This document shows, one piece after another, positions 40,740 to 55,700 of a stretch of 64,000 nucleotides of DNA. The translations under genes were made by a program, and so were the position numbers. This DNA is from Eledone cirrhosa (taxonomy: Eukaryota). The stretch lies in NCBI GenBank assembly GCA_964016885.1, contig OZ024741.1, positions 203,298,001-203,362,000 on the forward strand, given 5' to 3'. The notes beneath the pieces are model-generated. The model had not been told where the DNA came from and ran no database searches. It was given only the letters and a program-made list of their open reading frames with translations. Within the stretch, counting starts at the first letter, position 1. Each line of letters starts with the position of its first letter.

Positions 40740-41994
40740 CGCCCACACACACACACACACACATGCCCCCCCCACACACATACGTATGTCTAGTGGTTAG
40801 GATATTCAACTCCAGATCATAAGTTCAAGAGTTGGATTTCAGGTGGCATATTGTGTCCTTGACCAAGACACTCTATTTCACTTTCCATCAGTTCACTCAG
40901 CTGGTAAAAATGACGTACACTAGTAATTCGTCATGTTGACTATCCTTGGGAACTACATTAAGGGCACACGTGTCTGTGGAATGCCCAGTCTCTTGCACGT
41001 TAATTTCACAAGCAAGTTGATCCGGGTATGAGTTGCGAACACCTAAACCCCAACCTGGCCTGTTTATTAATAACAAAATATAATAACAAGCACATTCTGA
41101 CAAATGGAAATGATCTGGTCAGTCTTAGTATAATGAGCACTGTGTACGGCGGAGCACGAACTCAGAAGACGTCATATCAGTTGCATAGGAGGCAATGTAG
41201 CACTATGAAGGGACTACGGTCAGCAGAAGTTATTCTATAGGGAATGGTCAGTAGGTAATGAAACCTGGGCTGCTGCAGGTAACACAGGGGTCAAACTGGC
41301 GTTCAATTATCGATTCACTTATTTGCTTCTAGTTAGCACAAAACACATTTTCTTATTATTGGAACGGATTCGAATTGAGAGACGAAATTAATAACACCAA
41401 AGTTTTAATCCGGCACTTACCGACTCTACCTGCCGGTTAGCTCAGTTTCAAATGGTATTTTAAAAGTTATATTGTAAACATTTCTATATAACATATCAAA
41501 CCGTTGGGTTGTTTTGAAATTCATAGAACATGTAGGAATTCCAAATGGACAAAATAACTGTCATCACAGTCGACTGCTATAAATAATATCGGGTAAAATA
41601 CTTCTATAGAAGGGAAAAAGTGTAATTTTACTATCGATAAATGTGCTTGACATTTTAGTAGATTATTGCCAAAGAAAACCCTACAATACTGAGTTCTAAT
41701 ATAAAGATTATAACATGAGTATCAAATGGTAAATTTCATATATTTTCGGCTTAAAATTTTATTAGATGTTTGCTGTTAGGAAGGGCATCGAGCTGTAAAA
41801 ACAATGATGTTATCTTAGTATAATGTCAATGTATTTAATATTCTTATATGTAGACATAATGCAAATGAGGTGCATTTGAATTGAAGTTCTCGGTGTCTAA
41901 ATGATATATATATAAGTGTGTGTGTGTGTGTGTGTGCGTGTGTGTGTGTGTGTGTGCGTGTGTGTGTGCGTGTGTGCGTGCGTGCGTGTGTGTG

Positions 41995-42034
<40 letters not shown>

Positions 42035-42051
42035 TGTGTGTGTGTGTGTGT

Positions 42052-42425
42052 AACGCCAAAACATCCATTACGGGAAATACAAGCTAGACAAACTAATTTT
42101 AGAAATTTTCGCTCGTATCGTCTCAATTGCAGTTTCTGGAATTAAGAAACAATAAAAAATATGCCAATAAATTAAAATAACTAATATTGGAAGAAATACC
42201 TTCATCAGAGGGAGTCTTTGGAAATAGAAATATATTCAATAGATAGTATACGGCCTTGTTATTCCCGAAACAGCATTGTGCGTTCAAATACACATACGTT
42301 GTTAATTAATTAATATAGTTTCTTAATTCCAGAAACTGCAGTTAGGGATATGATACGAGCGATAATTTCTAATATTAGATTGTCTAGCTTGTATTTCCCG
42401 TAATAGATGGTTTGGCAATAAATAA
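42052..42425. repeat. Imperfect palindromic pLTR-like element with split HHR remnants
   Basis: 42055-42155 is an inverted, diverged match of 42315-42418; CTGATGA on - ~42201 and GAAAC on + ~42267. Confidence 0.6.
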
Positions 42426-42517
42426 ACTATGTTTAAATGCTTCTCTGATTTGATGCTTATCTTTTCATTGACAAATAATATTCTGTTTAATATATGTATA
42501 TATATATATATATATAT

Positions 42518-43104
42518 GTCAGGTCACCAGTTGGTGCTACTGGTAACATGTATCCCAGTACAACCTGTCTCATGGTCGAGTCGTTGGCGACTAAACTGGC
42601 AACCCCACCAAGGTTTCTTGGTGAGGAGGGTGACTTTGGACATCCTGCAGGACTAAAATCAAAACCTTTCAAAGGACAAAGGAGCTCTTAAGAGTCAATG
42701 GCCATCCAAAATCATCGGGAGAGATGACCCCTTAGCCTTTGTCAAGGCAGACTTCTAGGAGAAGGAAAACTCTGATATACCACCTGCAACCCTGATGGTA
42801 TCCAATGATGTTGACTTGTTCTTCTTTTTGGTAAATATCATCTTGGTTAAGAGAGTGGGACTGGCTTTGTGCAGTGTCTTTGCTCACTATAAAAGCTTCA
42901 CGGCACAGGCATTGCTTTATATCTGTAGATCTCTCTGCACTTGTCGTCACATGGTACCATGGGCCCAGCACTATGTGTCAATAATTGTCACAAGTGTAGT
43001 GTTTGTACCAGAGTTTTCAAGTCGCTGGCTGGACTAAAAAGTCACACTCGTTCAGCGTATCGGTAGGGGTTCTCCTACATGGATATAAAGTAGTGGCCGT
43101 ACTC

Positions 43105-43105
<1 letters not shown>
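42518..43105 (+). mobile_element. Non-autonomous ~600-bp element with an RTE-like 3' end, in (TA)n
   Basis: Close copy at 60811-61417; the 3' part encodes the C2H2-like HKCSxCTRVFKSLxGLKSH seen in RTE tails. Confidence 0.7.
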
Positions 43106-43183
<78 letters not shown>

Positions 43184-43189
43184 ATATAA

Positions 43190-44448
43190 GAAATAATGCA
43201 GTTGTTTCAATAATAATCGTTTAGTTTAAGTAATAGTTGAAAAATTCTGGAAGACTACAATTTTCAAATTTTCCCAATGTTTCTTCAGCTTTTAGTACTA
43301 ACATGGCTGTCATTTCAAGCAAAAAACGTGCAAATATCATCCTTCTTCATGAGGAAGGCTATTCCCGGTGTCAAATATTTGCACTATTGGGTGTATCTAA
43401 GACTGGCGTTCAAAAAACACTTGCCCATAATGCTACAACAGGCACATCTAACCCAAACAAGCGGCATGGAAGACCAGGCAAAATAAGTGTTCAAATATAT
43501 CACATGATATGCAAACTTGTAGTGTCAAATCCAACTGCTTTCAGCTCATATATCCAAGCCCAGCTTCTTCAGGACACAAACATATCATCTACCACCATCC
43601 AAAGACGCTGTTTTAAGGACTTTAACTTTCAGGCTTTTAAGCCAGCTGCCAAGCCTCAACTTTCAAATAAACGCATTAAGAACTGTTGTTCTGCAATATT
43701 TATCACTCGACTGAGGCTCAATGGAGTGAGGTAATGTTTAGTGATGTAACATTAATTAGACAATTTGCCCCTTATAATCACCATGTAAGAAGACCACTTG
43801 AACAACGTTATAATTCTCATTATGCCAAACCAACAGTTAAACATTCACAACAATTGATGGTCTTGAGATCAATAAGCATAAAGAGACGAACTGCACTGAC
43901 CATAATTCCAACAGGAAAGACTGTATATACCAACATATTTGGAAATCATACGAGAAAAGGTCCTATTGTGGATGGTTGCAGATATATCAACAAGATGGTG
44001 CTCATTGTTACAGGGCAAAAACTATTAACCAATATTTTTGAGAACCTGGTACTGAAGTGCTGGGACCTTGGCCAGGTCCAAGTACTGACTTAAACCCAAT
44101 TGAAAACTGTTAGAAATTGATGAAAGATAAGGTTGCCAAGCTAAATCCCAGCTCAAATACTGATTTACAACAAAACATTCTTACTGTATGGACACAACAC
44201 ATTACTCCTGAATATTGTGCCTCCTTGGTGAAATCAATGCCTCGCAGAACTGTTGCAGTAATTACTACTAAAGGTCATCAAACAAAGTACTAATGTGGAA
44301 TAGACAATTTGTAACAAAATGCTTTGTGTTGTATATTTGTAATAATATAGTATTTTTATCTAATAATTGTTCAAATTGTACGTTGTTCAGTATCAACCTA
44401 AGCTAATAAGATTATTGGGGTTGTCTCTGAATTATGTACAACACTGTG
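43190..44448 (+). mobile_element. Tc1-family transposon, pseudogenised transposase (~43303-44293)
   Basis: HTH...HGRPGK; WSEVMFSD; PTVKH; QQDGAH; WPGPSTDLNPIEN; frameshifts and stops; only a right TIR-like end is evident. Confidence 0.88.
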
Positions 44449-44491
44449 CTAATTTACATTTTATTAGCACGCATGTTGGAAGTTAGCCTTG

Positions 44492-44569
<78 letters not shown>

Positions 44570-44907
44570 TATTGCTTTGGCCCCATTCGGTCGCGAATGA
44601 CCATGGTTTTGCACCTAGAAAGTTTCCCTCCGAGGCACAAGCCTGAGAAAAGGTTTGTTTTGTAGAAGACCAGCAGTCACCCATGCATACCAGCCTCCTC
44701 CCCTCTCCACGCCACTGATGTTGTCCAAAGGAAAGGCAATGACCCATACAGCTTGGCACCAGTGGCATCGCAACTCATTTCTACAGCTGAGTAAACTGGA
44801 GCAACGTGAAATAAAGTGTCTTCATCACCCGGTCCGAGCGAGAATCGAACTCACAACATCTCAATTGCAAGCTCAATGCTCTAACCACTTAGCTATGCGA
44901 CTTCACA

Positions 44908-44962
<55 letters not shown>

Positions 44963-44970
44963 ACTATATA

Positions 44971-45168
44971 TAATAGGAACCAGTAGGACCCCGACGGCTG
45001 AGCTCAAGCCGTTTCGACGGCTAATTCTGGACTCAGAATTAGCCGTCGAAACGGCTTGAGCTCAGCCGTCGGGGTCCTACTCGTTCCTATTACCCACTCT
45101 ACTACCCTAAGTATTGAGTACTTTGGTGCGTTATGGTCCACCTGGTTCCTTACCACATTTCCTTCGTT
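44971..45168. mobile_element. Hairpin element containing only the 3' half of an HHR; apex ~45031
   Basis: GAAACGGC-ttgagctca-GCCGTC at 45048-45070; twin at 63477-63672; fragment at 53038-53120. Confidence 0.75.
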
Positions 45169-45185
45169 ATATATATATATATATA

Positions 45186-45434
45186 TGGAATAGAATGAAA
45201 CGAAATTTCATGTCTCACTCTTAGTACGGCAGTTACTTAAATGTAAGTTTGCTTGTATGTATACGTACATACATATATGTATACAGACGTACAGTAGTAT
45301 GTATACATATATACATACATGCACACATATAATTATGCACGTATCGGTTTACCAAACATTTATTAAAATGTTCGGTTTTTTTGTAAACAAACAAACAGCC
45401 CGAACCATGCCGTACAGTGTTATATATGTGTGTG

Positions 45435-45481
<47 letters not shown>

Positions 45482-45534
45482 GTAAGTATGTATGTATACG
45501 TACATACATATATGTATACAGACGTACAGTAGCA

Positions 45535-45604
<70 letters not shown>

Positions 45605-46035
45605 CAGGTACACATACATATATGCACGCATCAGTTTAGCGGACGCTTATTATAACGCCGCTTTGTTCGTTTGTCAACAAACTGAACAGCCTGAATTTAT
45701 GCCATACGGTGTTAAGGCAACCACGTCACCTTTTTGTTCAACACTGACACAGGAACGATGTACTAGTTTCAAGCTTTTTAGCTATCATCAGCACCGTTTA
45801 CCCATCTGCCAGATAGTTGAACGTTCGAAAGTATATACTTTCCTTATGAAAATTAACGGCTGAGCAGCCTAATTTGCATATTGAGTGAGTTACATCGGTC
45901 AGGCATACCGAAAACGATAAGTTGAAAAAAAAAATGAAAACGAAATTTCATTTCTCACTCTTAGTATGGCACTTACTTAAATGTAAGTATGTATGTATAC
46001 GTACATACATATATGTATACAGACGTACAGTAGCA

Positions 46036-46099
<64 letters not shown>

Positions 46100-46532
46100 C
46101 AGGTACACATACATATATGCACGCATCAGTTTAACGGACGCTTATTATAACGCCGCTTTGTTCGTTTGTCAACAAACTGAACAGCCTGAATTTATGCCAT
46201 ACGGTGTTAAGGCAACCACGTCACCTTTTTGTTCAACACTGACACAGGAACGATGTACTAGTTTCAAGCTTTTTAGCTATCATCAGCACCGTTTACCCAT
46301 CTGCCAGATAGTTGAACGTTCGAAAGTATATACTTTCCTTATGAAAATTAACGGCTGAGCAGCCTAATTTGCATATTGAGTGAGTTACATCGGTCAGGCA
46401 TACCGAAAACGATAAGTTGAAAAAAAAAAAATGAAAACGAAATTTCATTTCTCACTCTTAGTATGGCACTTACTTAAATGTAAGTATGTATGTATACGTA
46501 CATACATATATGTATACAGACGTACAGTAGCA

Positions 46533-46627
<95 letters not shown>

Positions 46628-46641
46628 ATATCTTTCACTAT

Positions 46642-46689
<48 letters not shown>

Positions 46690-47122
46690 TGCTACTGTAC
46701 GTCTGTATACATATATGTATGTACGTATACATACATACTTACATTTAAGTAAGTGCCATACTAAGAGTGAGAAATGAAATTTCGTTTTCATTTTTTTTTT
46801 TCAACTTATCGTTTTCGGTATGCCTGACCGATGTAACTCACTCAATATGCAAATTAGGCTGCTCAGCCGTTAATTTTCATAAGGAAAGTATATACTTTCG
46901 AACGTTCAACTATCTGGCAGATGGGTAAACGGTGCTGATGATAGCTAAAAAGCTTGAAACTAGTACATCGTTCCTGTGTCAGTGTTGAACAAAAAGGTGA
47001 CGTGGTTGCCTTAACACCGTATGGCATAAATTTCAGGCTGTTCAGTTTGTTGACAAACGAACAAAGCGGCGTTATAATAAGCGTCCGCTAAACTGATGCG
47101 TGCATATATGTATGTGTACCTG

Positions 47123-47174
<52 letters not shown>

Positions 47175-47288
47175 TGCTACTGTACGACTGTATACATATA
47201 TGTATGTACGTATACATACATACTTACATTTAAGTAAGTGCCATACTAAGAGTGAGAAATGAAATTTCGTTTTCATTTTTTTTTTCAA

Positions 47289-47291
<3 letters not shown>
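45186..47291. mobile_element. Retrozyme-like cluster: subfamily C fragment plus subfamily A head-to-head array (45478-47291, junction ~46625-46645)
   Basis: Unit homology; private variants ggacgcttattataacgccgc and aagctttttagc in both arms. Confidence 0.85.
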
Positions 47292-47340
<49 letters not shown>

Positions 47341-47341
<1 letters not shown>

Positions 47342-48925
47342 GTACATACATATATGTATACAGACGTACAGTAGTATGTATATATATATATACATATATG
47401 CACACATATATATATATGTACGTATGGATTCACCAAACGCTTATTATAATGCTCGATGTGGTTGTAAACAAACATCCCGTATTAAGCTGTAGTTTCTAGC
47501 AACCATCGTTGCTCGTTTGTTCAACACTGACAAAGGAACGCTGTACTAGTTTCAAGCTTATTAGCTATCGTCAGCAACGTATACCTTCCTGACAGATGAT
47601 TGAACGTCTGAAAGTATATACTTACTTTATGCATATTAACGGCTGAGTAGCCCAATTTGCATATCGAGTGGGTTAATCGGCCGGGTGCACCGAACACGAT
47701 AAACAGAAAAAATGAAACGAAATTTCATTTCCCACTCTTAGAACGGCTATTACTTAAATATAAGTATGTACACGTACATACATATATGTATACAGACATA
47801 CAGTAGTATGTATATATATATACATACATGCACACATATATATATATGTACGTATGGATTCACCGAACATTTATTATAATGCTCGGTGTGTTTGTAAACA
47901 AACATCCCGTATTAAGTCGTAGTGTCTAGCAACCAAGGTTGCTCGTTTGTTCAACACTGACAAAGGAACGCTGTACTAGTTTCAAGCTTATTAGCTATCG
48001 TCAGCAACGTATACCTTCCTGCCAGATTGTTGAACGTATATACTTACATTATCGATATTAACGGCTGAGTAGCCCAATTTGCATATCGAGTAGGTTAATC
48101 GGCCGGGTACACCGAAAACGATAAACAGAAAAAATGAAACGAAATTTCATTTCCCACTCTTAGTACGGCCGATTAACCCACTCGATATGCAAATTGGGCT
48201 ACTCAGCCGTTAATATGCATAAGGTAAGTATATACGTTCAACAATCTGGCAGGAAGGTATACGTTGCTGACGATAGCTAATAAGCTTGAAACTAGTACAG
48301 CGTTCCTTTGTCAGTGTTGAACAAACGAACAACGATGGTTGCTAGACACTACGGCTTAATACGGGATGTTTGTTTACAAACACACCGAGCATTATAATAA
48401 ATGTTCGGTGAATCCATACATACATATATATATGTGTGCAAGTATGTATATATATATATACATACTACTGTATGTCTGTATACATATATGTATGTACGTG
48501 TACATACTTATATTTAAGTAACAGCCGTACTAAGAGTGAGAAATGAAATTTCGTTTCATTTTTTCTGTTTATCGTTTTCGCTGCACCCGGCCGATTAACC
48601 CACTCGATATGCAAATTGGGCTACTCAGCCGTTAATATGCATAAGGTAAGTATATACGTTCAACAATCTGGCAGGAAGGTATACGTTGCTGACGATAGAT
48701 AATAAGCTTGAAACTAGTATAGCGTTCCTTTGTCAGTGTTGAACAAACGAGCAACGATGGTTGCTAGACACTACGGCTTAATACGGGATGTTTGTTTACA
48801 AACACACCGAGCATTATAATAAATGTTCGGTGAATCCTTACGTACATATATATATGTGTGCATGTATGTATATATATATACACATACTACTGTATGTCTG
48901 TATACATATATGTATGTACGTGTAC
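47341..48925. mobile_element. Retrozyme-like head-to-head array, subfamily B; junction ~48168 (cggc microhomology)
   Basis: Two HHRs on - and two on + (~48261, ~48683). Confidence 0.85.
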
Positions 48926-48949
48926 AAATTTATATATATATATGTGTAT

Positions 48950-49037
<88 letters not shown>

Positions 49038-49217
49038 ATGCATGTATATTAAAAGAGAGCGTGAAGTTTCAATTTAACATATTTTATTTGCACCCACGCG
49101 TAATACGTGTTACGCAAATGACCAGCACAAAACCTTAATAATTTATGACCAGCTTTGGCCCAGGGATCGACTTATATTTCTACACTTTTACAATAATAAT
49201 AATACATTATTATAACT

Positions 49218-49600
49218 GCGGTGGATTGGCAGTATCGGTAGAGGGTCGGACACCATGCTCTCCAGCTTAGTTACGTCCCTTTACGATCTGAGTTCAAATC
49301 CCGCCGAGGTTGACTTTACTTTCATCCTTACGGGGTCGATAAAATAAAGTACCTGTAATGCACTGGGTAATTGCTGGCCTTGTGCCTAAAGTAGAAACAA
49401 TTATTATAACTGCGGTGGATTGGCAGTATCGGAAGAGGGTCGGACACTATGCTTTCCAGCATAGTTACGGTCTTTATGGTCTGAGTTCAAATCCTGTCAA
49501 GGTTAACCTTGCCTTTCATCCTTACGGGGTCGATTAAATAAAGTACCAGTAATACACTTGGTTAATTGCTGGCCTTGTGCCAAAAGTAGAAACAATTATT
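49218..49600 (+). mobile_element. Two tandem octopus-type SINEs
   Basis: gcggtggattggcagtatcgg...gagttcaaatcc...ggggtcgat...ggccttgtgcc..aagtagaaacaattatt occurs twice. Confidence 0.8.
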
Positions 49601-49865
49601 ACTCACTAACTGGCTGTCAACATGAATGAACGTTATTTTTATCTAAAGACATTTTTTCCAATTTCACCCCGCCCGTCCCTTCAATCTATCTTATTTCTCA
49701 TTCTTTCTTCAGATGACAGACTAGCGTCCGAAACGTTAAGACACTCTTCCTGCTATTTCAAGCGTTAACCTAATATATTCCTTCCATATATTGTACCGAT
49801 TGTGTTGTTATTTCTGTTTACCTTTTACACACACACAGGCACACACACACACACACACGCACGCT

Positions 49866-49911
<46 letters not shown>

Positions 49912-50504
49912 ATATATATATAGTTCAAGGAGACAACAAACCGAGGTACAAAAAGTTTTATTAGTTTCACGCTTTATATTGGAAAAGAGGAAAGAAAGTC
50001 CGACGTGTCGGGCTTAAGCCCTTCTTCGGGAGTAATAAAGGGGGTGGAAGAGAGGGAGAAAAAGAAGGCGGTTTCTGTGTGTCTTTGGGATGATAATTAC
50101 CTAATAAGTTAGCTATCTCGATCAGATGTAAATAGCAATAGCACGGTCAATTTAGTAGTAGGAGCGGCAATTTCACCGAAGACAATTCTTTGTGAAAGTT
50201 CTTCAAATAATCCCAATTCTCGAAGGGAGTAAGAGAATGCTTAAAAAATATAAATATATATGTTTTATTTTTGTCTGTGTAGTGTTCATGTTAAAAATTG
50301 GTCACATTCTATGAGCTTGGAAGAAAACACTAACCTATTTGGCAGAAGACTCACTTTGCTGGATTCTTACCCAGAACAATCATCTTAAGTAAGCATATAT
50401 ATATATATGTGTGCGTGTGTGTGTGTGTGTGTGTGTGCGTGTGTGTGTGTGTGTGTGCGTGTGTGCGTGCGTGTGTGCGTGTGTGTGCGTGCGTGCGTGT
50501 GTGC

Positions 50505-50596
<92 letters not shown>

Positions 50597-51645
50597 GCGC
50601 GCGCGCGTGTGTGTGTGTGTGTGTGTGTGCGTGTAGCTATATATATAAAGGAGTGGGAGAATATATAAAGTGTTGATATTTCTTGATCAATTTAGAAATA
50701 ATGTTAATATCCCATCTATTCTGAAAAAAGAAATGATTTCCAGCTGACGATCTGCAAAGAAAAGAATCTGTGTTTTTGAAGTTAGTGTTTCTCTGTGAAT
50801 TCTGCGAATTATCAAACACAAAACATGAAGTGAGACGAAGTCAATTGAAGGCAATCTCACGGGAGTGTAGCACTTGAAGTATTTTAGAAGCCGAACAACT
50901 GGTAATTTTGAGAAAATGGAATGGAGCTAAGCTGGAAGTTATCAATAAAGATATCCTCTATGGAATATGATATTTATTGTTTTCTAGTTCTAGTTTTAGA
51001 CTGAACTGGATTTTTTTAAAAATAATTTTTTGCCAAAATCTAATAAACACAGGCCGACTCATTTCAATTGTAGGTTTCTTCGTAAATAAGTATACAAGTA
51101 TTTATACAATTTTTATTAATATTTAATTACCCCAAAACTGAATTTTTTATACAATAGTTATATTTATGTTCCACATAAAATATACAGTAGGTCTATTCAT
51201 TTCATTTTTTGTTCTTTACTTTAATTTATCCATCACGTAATTTTCTGAAGCTCGCTGCAAATAGTCGACTGGATAAAGTATTTGTCTAATGTTTCAATGC
51301 AATGACCGTGTTCCTTTTTTTCTCCATCAAAGCTTTTCAAAAGTGCCGACGCTACGATTAAAGACAACTAAGCAGCTGCCCAGGGTGCAAATCTCAGAGA
51401 TGTGTATTACTAACCCTTAAAGGATCACAATTTTAAGCAAATTTGTAGAATTAAATTAAATATATAAAAAATGTTATAATTGGGGATCCATCCGGATCAG
51501 TTGGAGACGGTTGCTTCTGAGAGACCCCGCTGGAAGGAATGTTTGAGGACTCTGCCTCCACGACCTTCTCAGGAATTAAGTGGGCGAAGAAGAAGAAGAA
51601 GAAGGAGAAGAAGAAGAAGAAGAAGAAATATTCTCGACTGCGGCA

Positions 51646-52374
<729 letters not shown>

Positions 52375-52398
52375 GGTATATATATATATATAGGTATA

Positions 52399-52450
<52 letters not shown>

Positions 52451-52523
52451 TATATATTTATATATATATATGTATCTGTATATATATATATCTGTGTGTG
52501 TGTGTTTGTGTGTGTGTAGTAGC

Positions 52524-52584
<61 letters not shown>

Positions 52585-53119
52585 ATAATGAATACTAAAA
52601 TCCAGAGAGGACTCGATAAGAAAGTCTTCACGCGTTACCGTTATGTCTTTTTATTTTCCAAAGGCAATATTCCATCGTAATTCTTTTGAAATATTTATTT
52701 CTGAGTCCACGGATTGATATTTCTCAAGTTTCAGAAGACCCCGCTTTAGCAAGAAAAGAGAAGCGATCAGCACAACAGGAATGTTTTTCACTCCTGCTGT
52801 ATTGATCTCATCAGAATCTAACAAATAACAAAAATAACAAATATTTATCATCACATGTCCAAATATTCCAAGTTCGAAAACATAAACATATTTAAAATAC
52901 AGTTGGGAAAACGTTAAAACTTTATGGGAGACTAAATACACAATTAAACATTTATTAGTAATAAAGATATACGTGTAGTAACTAAAGATATTTACACATA
53001 TACTAAAAATATATATATATATATATAGGGAAATGTATGACCCCGACGGCAAAGCTCAAGCCGTTCCGATGGCGTTATGGTCGTTATGGTCCATCTGGTT
53101 CCTTACAACAACTCCTTTG

Positions 53120-53169
<50 letters not shown>

Positions 53170-53581
53170 GTTTGTATATTTGTGTATGTATGTGGGTAAA
53201 TGTTTGTGTATGTGTATATCTTTATATGTGTATGTATTATATATATTTTTTATAGATGTATGTATATATATATGGGGTAAAGACCCCCTTCGGTGACGAA
53301 TGGCCAATCAACTAGTAAGTTTACCTCTGAGGCACAAGTCCGGGCAAGGTTGTTTGTCGAAGACCAACAATCGCCCATGCAAACCAGTCTCCCCTCTCCA
53401 CACCACCAATGCTGTCTAAGGGAAAAACAAAGGCCGATACAGCATGACACCAGTGACGTCACAACTCATTTCTACTGGAGCAACGTGAAATAAAGTCTCA
53501 TGCTCAAGAACACAACTCAAATCTCGGTTCGAGATTATAAGCCCAACGCTCTAACCACTAAGCCATGCACCTTCACCATAT

Positions 53582-53800
53582 AGATGTCAACATGAATGGA
53601 CCTGTTATTTTTCTCTAAAAACATTTTTTTCCAATTCCACCATGCCTGTCCCTTCAATCTTTCTAATATCTTATTCTTTCTTCTGATGAAGGACTAACGT
53701 CCGAAACATTAAGATACTCTTCCTGCTATTTCAAGCGTTAACCTAATATATTCCTTCCATATACTGTACCGATCGTGTTGTTATTTCTGTTTACCTTTTA
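53582..53800 (+). ncRNA. pLTR-like repeat with HHR (second copy 49612-49828)
   Basis: tctt-CTGATGA-a-GGAC-taac-GTCC-GAAAC at 53679-53707. The other copy has GAAACGTT-aaga but a mutated core. Confidence 0.75.
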
Positions 53801-53841
53801 CACACACACACACACACACCACACATATATATGTATATATA

Positions 53842-53929
<88 letters not shown>

Positions 53930-53933
53930 ATTC

Positions 53934-54000
<67 letters not shown>

Positions 54001-54631
54001 GTATGATTCTTTACACAAAAAATAACTGCAACGCACATATACAGTACACATATTCAAACTTACATTCAGTCACACATATACGTCCACTCTCACATACCAC
54101 ACGGATATACGCATGTCACACACTAACTTTGATACTTTACACAACATATCTTTAAAAAACACACACGTATAACCATACACTTACACTCACACATAATATC
54201 GACACTAATACATACAATTCACTTTGCGTTCCATATTCGTTACTTTCTTTATATACATTTTTTTTTTTTCATTAAACTACCTTTTATTTTTGCATTTTCC
54301 TTTGCGATCCTGTCTAATTTTGTACTCCTGAAGAAGGGCTAAAACCGACACGTCGAACTTTCTTTCCCCTATTCCATATAAAACATATATAGTATCCTTG
54401 AACTATATATATATATATAAAGAAAATTTTGCTCTACATGGCTGATCTGCAAATCTGGCTGATCAGGGGAATCTGCTAATATGCAGATCTGACTGATCAG
54501 CCTGTCTGCTAATATGCAAATCAGTCACTGTGTATTTTTGAAAATAGCATATATTTTCACTAGCTCTGACAGTTTGGCAGGTGAACAGTGAGCTGTACTG
54601 ATGAAGGGTGATACGCAGAAACATCAGCTGA

Positions 54632-55007
54632 TACTTAAATGTAAGTATGTATGTATACGTACAAACATATATGTATACAGACGTACAGTAGTATGTATAT
54701 GTATACATACATGCACACATATATATATGTACGTATGGGTTTACCGAACATTTATTATAATGTACGGTTTGTTTGTAAACAAACAGCCCGAATTACGCCG
54801 TACAGTGTTCAGGCTACTATCGTCGCCTTTTTGTCCAACACTGACACAGGAACGATGTACTAGTGAGAATAAGCTTGAAATTAATACATCGTTCCTGTGT
54901 CAGTGTTGAACAAAAAGGCGACGATGGTTGCCTGAACACTGTACGGCGTAATTCGGGCTGTTTGTTTACAAACAAACCGAATATTATAATAAACGTTCGG
55001 TAAACCC

Positions 55008-55045
<38 letters not shown>

Positions 55046-55127
55046 ACATGTATGTATATATATATACATACTACTGTATGTCTGTATACATATATGTATG
55101 TACGTATACATACATACTTACATTTAT
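54632..55127. mobile_element. Retrozyme-like head-to-head pair, subfamily C-like, joined inside the HHR (~54865)
   Basis: ...gatgtactagt-gagaat-aagcttgaaattaatacatcg... Confidence 0.8.
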
Positions 55128-55384
55128 ATATATATATATACTCTCACAAATGTGTCTGATTTACTTTATACTTATCACTATTTCTTCTAAATATTGACTT
55201 TCGCTTGTATTAATATACTTTACGTAATTAAACATTCTCTTAATTATTGATATATTTATTATTAATTTAAGCGTCTACAATTTATGTATTTTTTTTCTTA
55301 ATATATTCTATTTAGGTTGATGTTATAATTGTTATTACTTCAATTAATAAGTAATAAACTTATAAGCTCTAGTTGTATATCTAT

Positions 55385-55700
55385 AACATTATTTTAGTGA
55401 GTAGTATATATGTATCTGTGTGTAATGGTTTAATATCTTTAGTTACTGCACATTATATCTTTATTACTAATGAATTTTTAATTGCGTATTTAGTTTTAAC
55501 GTTTTCCCAACTGTATTTCAAATTTGTTTACGTTTTCGAACGTGGTATATTTGGAAATGTGATGGTAAATATTTATGTTAATTATGTTATTTAATAGATT
55601 CTGATGGGATCAATACAGTAGCAGGGAATATCCATGTTTTGATCGAAACGTCTGTCAATCAATTAATTGATTTCATGTAATTTCATCCTAGATATTTTTG
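55385..55700 (+). ncRNA. pLTR-like repeat with long-stem-II HHR (inverse copy ~52760-53000)
   Basis: gatt-CTGATGG-gatcaa...ttgatc-GAAAC-gtct-GTC-aatc at 55597-55660. The other copy keeps CTGATGA (52808-52814, -). Confidence 0.7.

Noticed and set aside
50407-50636. (CA/TG)n and (TA)n-derived ORFs here and throughout the window
   Set aside because: Microsatellite translation artefacts.
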